From Mobula hypostoma (lineage: Eukaryota), in contig NC_086097.1 of the NCBI RefSeq assembly GCF_963921235.1, forward strand, positions 216,320,001 through 216,384,000: a DNA stretch of 64,000 nucleotides, in the 5' to 3' direction. How positions within the stretch are numbered: position 1 is the first letter of the stretch; each line of letters begins with the position of its first letter. This document shows positions 11,001 through 22,235 of the stretch, one piece after another. Both the position numbers and the translations under genes were made by a program. The notes below the pieces were generated by a model, which was not told the DNA's origin, did not search any database, and worked only from the letters and a program-made list of their open reading frames with translations.

Positions 11001-12439
11001 TAAATCTGTAACTATCTACGTCTGCTAAGATCCAATTATTTTGATTTTAAATTTCTGAAAGGTACATGGAGTGACCTTTCTCCATTATTCTCTGAAGTAA
11101 ATTTATAATAAAATACAAATTATATTACATTTATAAATGGAGCTAACTTCAGTTATTTATGAATTGACCCTAAGTGCATCAAACCAATTTAAAACCAATA
11201 CTACATCTGATAAAATCCACAAAACTTACTCCACTAGCCTAGAGTTATAGTACAATGTTCACAACCAGTTCTTGTTTATAGAACAAAATATCTGTGTGCA
11301 TTTTAGTCAGACTCTTCTTCAGCAATTCTTTGGCTGATAAATTGTATATTTAACCTCACTAAATTTTATTCAAGATAGCATATAAAGATAAAGAGCCATC
11401 CCATGAATTGCTGTATAGTAGAGACAGATTCCTATGGTTTGTCCTTTACATTATTCATTGTCAGCTGCAGTGGGGTAAACAGTGGGGAGCCCTGACTGTC
11501 ATGTGGCTCTTGGTGCATTCAGGATTTTATAACCTGGGGCAGTGGATTGCTTTTTAGGGCAACAGACGGCTATTTGACCACTTGTCAAGCTTCATTGCAA
11601 GCAGAATGACACAAATGAGCCTGTGGTCATTGCTGTGTTTATAACACTGAGAAAAGCCATTACATCACTCTGGAAAATACAAAATACAGTAGCATTGAAA
11701 CTGAACATCTCCATCAATACCAACATTATGCCTTTACACTTATATAATTTCACAACCTGGCAAATACTGAGTGTTTTAATAACACAGACACTATTATGAT
11801 TTCATCACTTACATATCGTATATGTGCATTTTATAAAAACCTGCATAAAACTGGAATGCTGGTTTTTACTTCAGTGCCACGTCCTTGAATTAACCCCTTT
11901 ATCCTCTGGTTCCCATAATATCCAAAAATCTATTGGTTTCCATCTTGAATTTACTCTTTGACTGAACCACCAAAGCCGTCTTGGATAAAGAATTCCAAAT
12001 ATTTACTGCCTTTATTGTAAAGGAGGCAAATTCTTGAAGGTGTGAAGCTGAAAAAGACTCATTGAAAAACAATTTTATGCCCTGTTGCAGAGTAATTTAT
12101 TACTAGAAGAATGCCCCGTGCAATTTAGAAAATTCCTGTGTTTCATTTTATCATTGTTCAAATTCCCTCTATTTGAACTAGCTGTCCCAGTTGCTAGTAA
12201 CCTATCAGTTTGTTTGGTCACTTTGTTTTTAAAATATGCTTATTGAGCTGTGAGCAATTGGCTTTTACTTATATGGATAATATTCAATTTAGATAAAAAC
12301 ACACTATTTATACAATTACAAACATTAGGGCAAGTTATAGAGTTATCTAATCTTGGGATACATTGTACATTTGAGGTGAATTAAGTATGATAAAAGAACC
12401 TTTTAGTTTATCAGGTGATCCTACTGAAACAAAATTCTT

Positions 12440-12650
12440 GTGGGATGCGGTGGGATTATCAAAATGAAGTTTAATTTCGGCTAGGTGTTCTAGAATTAAG
12501 AACCACCATCCCAACAAAAGGGGTTGTGACAAATGAGATGAGAAGAAAACTCTTCATCCTAAAGGCCGTGGAATTCTCTACTCAAGGGGGCAGGATGCTC
12601 AGTCACTGAATATACGTAAGACAAAGACCAAAGATTTCTGGTTTTTAAGT
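12440..12650 (+). mobile_element. Old CR1 3' fragment
   Basis: GAGATGAGAAGAAAACTCTTCATCCTAAAGGCCGTGGAATTCTCTAC (EMRRNFF..WNSLP-like). Confidence 0.6.
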
Positions 12651-12653
12651 GCA

Positions 12654-13390
12654 AACTAGAGAAAATCTGCAGATACTGGAAATCCGAGGAACACATACAA
12701 AATGCTGGTGGAACTCAGCAGGCCAGGCAGCATCTGGGAAAAGATGCAATTTTTGAGTATGTTGGTGTAATATACTGTGTTCAGTGCTCCCGGTGTTGTC
12801 TCCTGTATATTGGTGAGACACGACGTAGATTGGGAGACTGTTTTGCCCAGCATCTATGCTCTGTCAGCCAGAAAAAGCGGGATCTCCCAGTTGCGACCTA
12901 TTTTAATTCCACTTCCTATTCCCATTCCGATATGTCCGTCCATGGCCTCCTCCACTGTTGGGATGAGGCCACATTTAGGTTGGAGGAACAACACCTTATA
13001 TTCCGCTTGGGTAACCTCCAACTTGATGGCATGAACATCGATTTCTCGAATGTCCGGTAATGTCCGGTAATGTCCCCCACCCACCTTCACCATTTCCCAA
13101 CCCCTTTTCCTTCTCTCACCTTATCTCCTTGCCCACCCATCACCTTCCTCTAGTGGTCCTCCCTCCTTTCCTTTCTTCTGTCTCTTTCACCAATCAACTT
13201 TCCAGCTCTTTACTTCATCCCCCTCGCTTCAGGTTTCACCTATCACCTTGTGTTCTTCCCTCCCCTTCGCCCCCACCTTTTAAATCTACTCCTCAGCTTT
13301 TTCCTCCAGTCCTGCCGAAGGGCTTCAGCCCAAAACGTCGACTCTACTCTCTTTTCCTGGATTCTGCCTGGCTTGCTGATTTCCTCGGTA
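12654..13390 (+). mobile_element. Penelope-like element: GIY-YIG endonuclease C-terminal fragment, pyrimidine-rich 3' region and terminal repeats (5' arm inverted)
   Basis: GVIYCVQCSRCCLLYIGETRRRLGDCFAQHL...HFNS-like...RLEEQHLIFRLGNLQ; degenerate hammerhead AGTC-CTGCCGA-AGGGCTTCAGCCC-AAAA-CGTC-GACT at ~13308-13343. Confidence 0.9.
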
Positions 13391-13466
13391 CTAAGTGATT
13401 TGGAGTTAGTGCAGGAAAATAGCCCTGAGGTAAAGGGTGAACCATAACCTCAGAGTGCTAGAGTGG

Positions 13467-14410
13467 CATAGCATAGAAATGGGCCACGGCATCTCTACCG
13501 GCCCCTTTCACCAACATTCCCTATGACCTGCATTAGACCTGAATCCTTCTCTGCCTTACTTATTTAAGTGGCAGTCTAAATTACTTTTAAGAATAGTGAT
13601 TGTATCTGACTCCATCACTTCTTTCGGCTGTGATTTCTAGATATCAAATACTCTCTATGTAAAAGAACATTGTTGGGGGTTATGGAACGATGCAGCTCAC
13701 AGCGCCAGAAGGGGTCATTCCATATTGTATCTATAAATAAAATAAAATAAACTTTATTCTCCAATCACTATTGAAATTCCTTCCATTCACTGTTAACCCA
13801 TGGTTTCTGATACCCCAACTGTGGAAAAATTATTCTATTACACGACCTAGGCCTTTCATAAACTTATACACTTTTGTCAGGTCACCCCTTAGTTGTCACC
13901 ACTCCAGGAAAAATCTAGCCCAGCCTTTTCAATCATTCACTATCACCAAAGTGCTCCAGTCCAGGGAGCATCCTAGTGAATATCCTCAGCACTCTCTCCA
14001 TCACAATCACATCCTTTCTACAATGCGGCACCATAATGCGGCACCATAATACTGCACCATGCTCCAAGTGCAGGCTAACCACTGGATTCTAAAGGTACAA
14101 CATAATCTGCCAGCTCCTATATTCTGTCATGACCTATGAAAGTAAACACGGCATATTCCTTCCTCACCACCTTCTTGGCCTGTGTTGCTACTTTCAGAGA
14201 CCAATGGACTTGGACCTCAATGTTTCCCCGCTTGAATATTCCTTTGTGACCTACCATTTACTCTATATAAGTCCTTCCTGACTTCCCAAAATGCATCACC
14301 TTGCTCTTCCCAGGATTAAAGTTCGATCTGCCAATTCTCCGACCATCTGATCTATATTCTGCTGTGACCTTAGGAAGCATTCCTCTGCAGCACAACCAAT
14401 TTTTATATCA
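13467..14410 (-). mobile_element. Old CR1 LINE 3' fragment
   Basis: Reverse complements of CR1 motifs: AACTTATACACTTTTGTCAGGTCACCCCTTAG (LRGDL..VYK), CTCCAAGTGCAGGCTAACC (VRPHLE-like), CCCAAAATGCATCAC (VMHFG). Confidence 0.8.
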
Positions 14411-14875
14411 TCTCAAAACTTACTCTTCATATCTCATTCAGATTTGTATCATCTATTTATCACATGAACCTCAAAACATACATTGAATTGTGTTGCTATG
14501 TGTAAAGAACCAACACAACCTAAGGATGTGTCGGTGGCAGCCCGGTAGGATCACCACTTATTCCGGCACCAACATAGCATTCCCACAAAGTTCAGCAGAA
14601 TCACAACAACTCCCTCCCACCCACTCACACACACAGACAGTCCTCCAGCCACGGCACAGGTCACCTTGTGGCCTCTGGCCTCCAGTGGACTCACAGACTC
14701 GCAGGCCCGGTGTTACGGCCATCGGGCCTCAGCTTCCAATCGATATTCGGGTTTAAGTCTTTGGTATCAACCCCAGGGCTCACCGATGACAGGATTTTGA
14801 GATCCAGGCCTCAAACTCTGAACTGGCCGACTCCGTTACCAGCCCTCATGTCTCCTGCCTATACAGAACTCTGAT

Positions 14876-15005
14876 CCCACTGATCTCACTGGGGACTCTC
14901 TGTCCTGGGGTAGGCAGGTGTTGGGGGGCCCACCGATCTCACAGGGGACTCTCTCTCCTGGGGTAGGCAGGTGTTGGGAGGCCCACCGATCTCACAGGGG
15001 ACTCA
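14876..15005. repeat. 53-bp tandem repeat, about 2.5 copies
   Basis: GATCTC recurs at 14882, 14935 and 14988; unit CCCACCGATCTCACAGGGGACTCTCTCTCCTGGGGTAGGCAGGTGTTGGGAGG. Confidence 0.9.
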
Positions 15006-15186
15006 CTGATCTGGGGTGGGGTGGGCACCAGCTCTTGACCTCACTGGTCTTCGTCCACAGTGCTTGGCAGACTATCATCTTCCCACGTCCATGTCAATGG
15101 CCTTTGAACAAGTGCACAGAACAGAGTTCTAGACTCTGGCCTGACCTCTAACTCCCCATGTCCCTGTCCCTAAACTCTGTTGACCC

Positions 15187-16041
15187 TGTTACGTACCCCG
15201 TAACTGGGTTGCCAAACCAGCAGAAATGGATTACTCAGTTGGAGTCTGGAGTACTAGAACTAAGAAAGTTTTATTAAAGAAACAAGCAACACAGTAATCG
15301 AAAGGATAATAAATGCAACAGTTCAGCGATGATAAACACACATGTGCACAGAATTAAGATAACAGCATCAATCAAGCTCTATCGTTGTCTAGGGGTAAAT
15401 GACCAAATTTCAAAATGACTCAAAGTTCAGTCCAGTTCAGTTCGCAGTAATCGTTGCCATGGCGATGGACAATGTGGGGGAAGAGAGAGATAGAACAGGA
15501 ACAACTGATCATTCAGAACACTGCTTCACTCACAGACCGGCGAGGTTGCTCACAAGCAACTTTTGGGCGGGTCCTTGGTGATGTCACCTGAGGTCACCGA
15601 CTGTGACCCCTCCTCCAGATGCGGTCGATCCTCTGCAGTGAACCCGGCACCCAGGCAAGGGCGGACACACACCGGGTTCCCGCTGATCGTACCTTTCCAC
15701 CCTGGTCGTTGTCTGATACTTCTCACCCACTCGTGAGAGGCACACCGCTTCCAGGGTCTCGTTACCTCGGGTGGCGTGTGTGTCTGTCTTAGCGAACCTG
15801 TCCCTTTTTATCCCCCTGCTGGGGCATCGCCTGTCCATCACTTCAAACAGTTCAGGGTTCAAAGGGGGGAGCCGCTCCAGACAGCTCTCTGTCCCCCGTT
15901 CCTTCATTACACATCTCCAGACGCTGCTCCATTGTTCCTTATCTCTCCTTCCCCTGAGGGCAGGTAGCAGACCAACTGCTGATGCCATTGATGCTAGCCC
16001 AGGCCAGCAAACATCTTAATTTTATGTGTATTCTCGTAACA
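15187..16041 (-). mobile_element. Solo LTR (855 bp), probably Gypsy-type
   Basis: Termini TGTTACG...CGTAACA (7-bp inverted repeat); 4-bp TSD ACCC (15183-15186 / 16042-16045); minus-strand GGGGATAAAAAGGG (~15810) and AATAAA (~15272). Confidence 0.92.
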
Positions 16042-16149
16042 ACCCCAAAAGCATTCTTCAAAACCTCAAAAGTAACCAAGTCTGAGCCACAACCTTAACA
16101 GAGACTGCAGCTTAGTGCCATCTTAAACAGACTCCAGGTCATTAATATT

Positions 16150-17030
16150 TATCGCATAAGGTCTCAACACAACTAGTTACAGACTTTCAATCAAAATATC
16201 CACCCTTCCATTTCTAACACCCATTGATTTCTATCCACCAAGTCACCTAAAATCCAATATGTCTCAGCCTCTGGACCAGCATACCACAGGGAACATTTGA
16301 CAAGATATATAGTATAGATAACGTCTAATATTCTCCCCACCCCGACTTCATCAATCGTCTTAGCTATGTCTTCAAAAATTTCAGTCAAGCTAGTGTGAGG
16401 ATTTCTCCCATGCAAAGCCATGCTGACTATCCCAAATCAGTCCCTGACTTTCCAAACATACTGAATGTAAATTCTATCTCATAAATCCAAGCATTTATGT
16501 AAGCTCATTGGCCAGTAAGTACCTCTTTTATCCTTGCTGCCATTCTTAAATAAGGGAGTAACATTACCTATCCTCCAATCTTCCGATGCCTCACATACGG
16601 CTAAGGAAGGCACACAAATCTGCATCAGGTTCCCAGCTATCTCTTCCCATATTTCCCACAGCTTTCCAGGCTAGATCCCATCGAACCCTAGGTACTTCCA
16701 CACTTATATGTTCCAAGACATTTAACACCTCCATTTTCTTAATGTTAAAATCATCTAGACAACCAACATATTCCCCTGGAACTTACCATCCTCCACATTC
16801 TACTCCTTGGTGAATTCAGATGTATTCATTTACGAAACTGCCTACATCCCCTAACACCACACATCGAGACTCTTTGGTCCCTAAAGAAGCTTGCTCTCTT
16901 CTTAGTGACTTTCTTGTTCCTATTATAGATCAACTTGGGATTTTCTTTGATGTTATCTACCAAGGATAGTTATGGCTGGCCTCTTTTTGTACTCCAAATT
17001 TTTTCCTAAATATTCTCCTTTCCCCTCTGT
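16150..17030 (-). mobile_element. Old, highly degenerate CR1 ORF2 fragment (RT N-terminal region)
   Basis: ORF 16191..16421 LTEIFEDIAKTIDEVG..LDVIY; rc of SQHGF and PLFK.G motifs at ~16420 and ~16550. Confidence 0.7.
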
Positions 17031-17034
17031 ATTC

Positions 17035-18100
17035 AAAATCAAAATCGGGTTTAATATCACCAAAATATGTTGTGAAATTTGTTAAATTTGTGACAGCAGT
17101 ACAATGCCATACATGATAAATTCAGAATAAAATAAATGAATGACAGTAATTATATATATAAATATATATTAAATAGTTAAATTAAAAACAGAAATGCAAA
17201 AGCAGTATTTTTTTTAAATGAGGTAGTGTTCATGGATTCAATGTCCATTTAGAAATCGGATGACAGAGGGGAAGAATCTGTTCCTGAACCACTGGGTGTG
17301 TTCCTTCAGGCTTCCGTAACTCCTTCCTGATAGTAACAATAAGAAGAGGGCATGTCCTGGGTGATGAGGGTCCTTAGTAATGGACACTGCCTTTCCGCGG
17401 CCTCACTTCTTGAAGAAGTCTTGGATATTACAGAGGCTAGTACCCATGATGGAGCAGACTGATTTTATAACCTTCTGTAACTTCTTTCGATCCTGTGCAG
17501 TAGCCACCCCCCATACCAGACAGTGATGCAGCCCGTCAGAATGCTCTCCATGGTACATCGGTAGAAGTCTTCAAGTGTCTTATGTGACAAACCAAATCTT
17601 CTCAAACTGCTAATGAAATATAGCCTCTGTCTTGCCTTCTGCGTCGATATGTTGGGACCAGGATAGATCCTCAGAGATCTTGACACCCAGGAACTTGAAA
17701 TTGTTCACTCTCTCCACTTCTGATCCCTCTATGAGGATTGATTTGTGTCCCCTCACCTGAATTCCACAATCAGCTCTTTGGCATTGAGTTCAAGGTTGTC
17801 GCTGCGACACCACTCAGCTAGCAGGTATACCTCACTCCTGTACGCCCTCTCATCTCCATCTGAGATTCTGCCAACAATGGTTGCATCATCAGCAAATTTA
17901 CACACAACATTTGAGCAGTGCCTAGCCACACAGTCATGGATGTAGAGAGAGTAGAGCAGTGGGCTAAGCACACATCCCTGAGGTGCACCAGTGTAAACCG
18001 CCAGTGAGGAGGAGATGTTATCACCAATCCGCACAGACTGTGGTCTTCTGGTTAGGGAGTCAGGGATCCAACTGCAGAAGGAGGTACAGAGGCCCAGCTT
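17035..18100 (-). mobile_element. Rex1/Babar LINE, 5'-truncated RT fragment
   Basis: [21 protein letters not shown]...[12 protein letters not shown] and KARQRLYFISSLRRFGLS..FYRCTMESILTGCITVWYG; (GATTTT)n tail. Confidence 0.95.
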
Positions 18101-19009
18101 CTGTATTTTAGTTGCCTATACTTGTCATTCACTTCTGTTTTCAGCCTGATCAAACCCTCAATAATATTTGTCATGCAGGGTTCCTTAACATTGTCATCAC
18201 TTCCTATCACCATTTCTGGAATATGTTGACCCTGAACTCTCACTAACTCGCTTTTAAAAAACAACCAGTTGTTAGATGTCATCTTACCTACAAGAATGTG
18301 CAGCAGGTGTAAGGGACAGAATGGCCTACCCTTTCCATTTCCTTTGTTTTTATGTTGTTATGTTTCTGAAACTAAATTTTTAAAAAAATCTCTCTTAATA
18401 GGAAGGAGAAATATAATAAACAGCATAGTGTTACGATTTTGTAATGATATATGAAAATACCACACACAAGCACAATAACTTTAGGAAATAATTTTAGTTT
18501 ATTTAATGAATCCTCCCACTATGGGACATTTCAGCTGCAGGGATGAGATGTTGGAATTGAAAAGCTGCAGCAAACTCCTGGCTTGCAAAATGAATCTGCA
18601 GCTCAGAAATATAATTTGCAACTTTAATATCAGACAGATGAACACTGGTGTAGCATCAGCCATGAAAGTTCACCCCCAGACCTCCCTGACTCACATTAAG
18701 CACCAGATCTAAGCGTGTGGGTGACCCTGTCCTCAGGACTGCACTGAAACCTAACTGAACAGCCAGAAGGCAGCAGCAAGAGAAGCAGAAGGAAACGGCT
18801 GTCCTCTGCTAAGGCTCCCCTGAAGTCTGTATGAGTTGCTGCTTCAAGGAGTTTAAACATACCTGACTGACCAATAATTGAAAAGCTTATTAGCATCTCT
18901 TTCCTGCTGTCAAGAAAAAGGACGTGCTTCAGAATGAGGGAAGGTTGAAAAAAAAGATAGTGGCTTTATAAGTAATGCATGTATTCTTAAAATTATTTGC
19001 CATTTCAGC

Positions 19010-19160
19010 CTTGGGAAAATGTCTCTGGCTATCCGGTCAATCTAAGCCTCCTATCATCTTGTACACCTCTATCAAGTTACGCCTCATCCTCTTTCGCTCC
19101 AAGCCCACTCTGCCTATCCCCATAAGACATGTTCTTTAATACAAGCTGGCAAATCTGCTC
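19010..19160 (-). mobile_element. Small CR1 fragment
   Basis: TCATCTTGTACACCTCTATCAAGTTACGCCTCATCCTC, rc of RMR..LIEVYKM. Confidence 0.7.
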
Positions 19161-19429
19161 TGTGAAAGGGCAAAAGACCAGAAGTTAAGTGATGAAGGAG
19201 GTAATAATGCAGGACAAAATATTGTTGTGATTAAACAAGTAAAATGGCAACAGATCAGAGGAAAATGGGCCCAAGTAGAACTAACAGATTATTATCTGAA
19301 ATTATTTGAAGAAAATAATATCTTGCTTCTCACAATTTCACTCTCTTGCTATGGAGTGTGGATTGGAAGATTTCTTTTGTGATACACCTCCTTTCAGGAA
19401 GAGAACATGGGCATAGCTTCCTGTCCCTT

Positions 19430-19875
19430 TAATTCTCCTGCCCCCACTCACACCTTTTGATCATCAGCTCCTCACATGGTTCCAATAAAACTTACTGCAA
19501 GCTTAAGGAACTGCATCTCATTTACCTATTAGGCATATTAAAGACCTTTGGACTTCAACAGTTTCAGATAATGAGAAATTTCAGAGTATTTTCTTTGTAT
19601 TTTGGATATATAACCAAGCAAATTATGACCCTTTTGTAATTTCAGATAACACTTCCAGTTGTCTTATTTACTCCAGAAATAATTCTGCTTTCTGCACTTG
19701 CCCTAATTTTTGCACAAGCTCTTTCATTTTTGAATATTAATTGAAAACCAAAATTGCAGATGCTAGAAATCTGAAATTAAAACAGAAATCGTTGACAATA
19801 CTCAGCATCTCAGGCAGTACCTATAGAGAGAGAGAAACAGCATTAACAGTTCAAGTCAATGAACTTTCATTGGAG
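19430..19875 (+). mobile_element. Degenerate Penelope-like remnant (endonuclease end plus terminal arms)
   Basis: ORF 19457..19639 CKLKELHLIYLLG (KLEEQHLIFRLG-like); arm GCAGATGCTAGAAATCTGAAATTAAAACAGAAA. Confidence 0.6.
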
Positions 19876-20169
19876 CGAAAGGAGTTCGACCATTCATTGC
19901 GATGGGACCTCTGTACTTACTCCAGATTCCACATGACAGCTGGGAAATCAGCGGAAGTCTGGGTTCTCCCTTGTATGTATTCTGTAGCCAGCACTCTGTT
20001 GAGCACTGTAGCTTTGGCTTGGGAATAGCCCGCTAATGGATTACTTGCTCATGGGTCCATGCAGATATGGACTCTTAGATTGGAGGCTAATTTGTAGAGA
20101 GGGTGGAAACCTAAATGACTGCCGTAAATATGTCACCACTTGTTCCATAAACCAATGCCCAATGATACT

Positions 20170-20625
20170 GTAGGGTTCACCTGAGTACAAGCATTCCTCT
20201 ATTTCAATACCCTGCTGATGACCATAAGCTTCCAGTTGCATATCAGAGTTACTCTCCTTCCCATTCCCACCACGACATGCCAGTCCTCTGCCTTCTCCAT
20301 TGTTATTGAATATCTCATTATCTACTTGTGTGGCTTACAGTCCAATGGTATGAACAGTGAATTTTCCACTTTCAGGTAACCCACACCCCCATGATCTACT
20401 CCCATGAACATTCACCTGTCAACCTAGACTTCTTCTCCCTTTTCCCAATCCTCTTCTTTCATCTGGTTCCATCTGCCCAACATCCCCTTCCTTTCTTTTA
20501 ATGCTATGTCATAGTTTTCTTCTTCCCCCTCAGTCCTCAAGCTGGGTCTCAGCCCCATTTTGGCACCATGCAACTTTAGCCTCCACATCTGATCTGATGA
20601 ATTCTTCCAATGTTCTTTTTTTTTG
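20170..20625 (+). mobile_element. Degenerate Penelope-like remnant
   Basis: CCTTCCCATTCCCAC..GACATG..GTCCT, CAGTCCAATGGTATGAAC..TTCAGGTAAC, pyrimidine-rich tail; parallels 12880-13390. Confidence 0.65.
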
Positions 20626-20637
20626 TACTACTGCCAA

Positions 20638-21262
20638 ATTAGATTAGATTAGATTATGAGGACACACAGTCCTCTTTTATTGTCATTTAGTAGTGCATGC
20701 ATTAAGAAATGATACAATATTCCTCCGGTGTGATATCACAAAAACACAGGACAGACCAAGACTGAAAAACTAACAAAACCACATAATTATAACATATAGT
20801 TACAACAGTGCAACAATACCATAACTTGATGAAGAACAGGCCATGGCACAGTAAAAAAGTTCAAAGTCTCTCGAATGTCCCACATCTCACGCAGATGGGA
20901 GAAGGAACAAAACTCTCCCTGCCATGCCTGACCAGAGTCCGACTCTGAGTCATCCGAAAACTTCCAGCCTCCAATCAGCCCTCCGACACCGAGTACCGAG
21001 CACCATCTCTATCCGAACGATTTGACCTCAGCCTCGGTTGCCAGCAGCAGGCAAAGCCAGGGATTTTGGGACCTTCCCTCCGGAAGATTCTCGATCGTTC
21101 AGTAACAGCGGCAGCAAACCGGCGTTTCAGAAATTTCTCCAGATGTTCCTCTGTGCTTTCACGTCTGTCTCCATCAAATCAGAATTGTCCACGGCCCCTA
21201 TTTAACAGATACGACATCATTTTCACCAGAGAGCTGTGCGCGCACGTTGCGCTGCCATCTTC
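20638..21262 (-). mobile_element. Non-coding, non-autonomous Rex1-tailed element
   Basis: Minus strand begins AAGATGGCAGCGC (21261), CpG-rich body, AATAAAAGAGG and (CTAAT)n tail at 20638-20655. Confidence 0.65.
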
Positions 21263-21289
21263 TCCTCCCGCCAAATTCTTGCCACAATG

Positions 21290-22235
21290 CCAGTGACTCT
21301 TTACGTCTGTGGCACAGGAGTGGAAACTGCGAGCAGTTTCAAACTTCTGGAAGTGCACATCCCACACAACCTCTCGTGGTCCCAGAACATATTATACTCA
21401 ATCAGGAAAGCTCACCAATGCCTCTACTTTTTGAGGAGGCTGCAGTATGCGTATCTATACCCACGTCATTCTACAGATGAGCAGTACTGCACATCCTTAC
21501 AGCTGCATCACCGCCTTGTACGGAAAGGGCACTGCGACGGACAGGAAAGCCCTACAACGGGTAGTCAAAACTGTCCAACACATCACCAGCATCAGCCCAC
21601 CCACCATCAAGGACAGATATACAGATAGGTGCCAGAAAAGGGCTCGCAATATCATGAGGATCCCACCCATCCTGCGCATGAACTGTTTGCCTCATTCCTG
21701 TCAGGGAGGAGGCTACGTAGTATATAAGCCAGGACCACCAGACTCAAAAACAGTTACTTTTCCCAAGCAGTGAGGCTGATCAACACCTCCACCCACTAAC
21801 CCACTCTGCCACAACTTTATCATTTCCTGTCCGTCACGTTTTGCGCAGACGCTCCTGTGCCTAGTGCCACTTTATGGACATACAACAAGCTATCTCGTGT
21901 ATTTACACACACAAAACTGCTGGAGGAACTTGGCAGGCCAAGCAGCATCTACGGAAAAGAGTACAGTCAAAGTTTCAGCCCCGAACATCAACTGTACTAT
22001 TTTCCATAGATGGTGCCTGACCTGCTGAGTTCCTCCAGCATTTTGTGTATGTTGCTCGGATTTCCAGCGTCTGCAGATCTTCTCTAGTTTGTGATCTTAC
22101 GTATCTATATTTATTGTGTTTCTTTTTATTATTGTGTTGGTTATCTAATTGTGTTTTTTGTGCTGCATTGGATCCAGAGTAACAATTATTTAGTTCTCCT
22201 TTACATCTGTGTACTGGAAATGACATTAAATAATC
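21290..22235 (+). mobile_element. Rex1/Babar LINE 3' fragment interrupted by a foldback element at 21905-22091
   Basis: SSFKLLEVHI..NLSWSQN..RKAHQCLYFLRRL; SCITALYG..TATDRKALQRVVKTVQHI. Confidence 0.88.
21905..22091. mobile_element. Penelope-derived foldback element, central ribozyme region collapsed
   Basis: Arms ACACACAAAACTGCTGGAGGAACT..GTACAGT and ACTGTAC..AGTTCCTCCAGCATTTTGTGTATGT. Confidence 0.85.

Larger units (their letters stand above)
14436..16130 (-). mobile_element. Non-coding, non-autonomous Rex1-tailed element split by a solo LTR (15187-16041)
   Basis: Minus strand begins AAGATGGCAC (16124). Its 3' tail (14436-14530) matches the plus-strand tail at 62580-62680. Contains a 53-bp minisatellite. 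Confidence 0.6.

Noticed and set aside
13308..13343. Active hammerhead ribozyme
   Set aside because: Core is mutated (CUGCCGA, and AAAA instead of GAAA); kept only as a degenerate motif.
14876..15005. CRISPR-like array
   Set aside because: Head-to-tail tandem repeat with no unique spacers, in vertebrate DNA.
17219..17240. TGAGGTAG let-7-like seed (also ~35231)
   Set aside because: Part of the Rex1 3' UTR; no let-7 hairpin.
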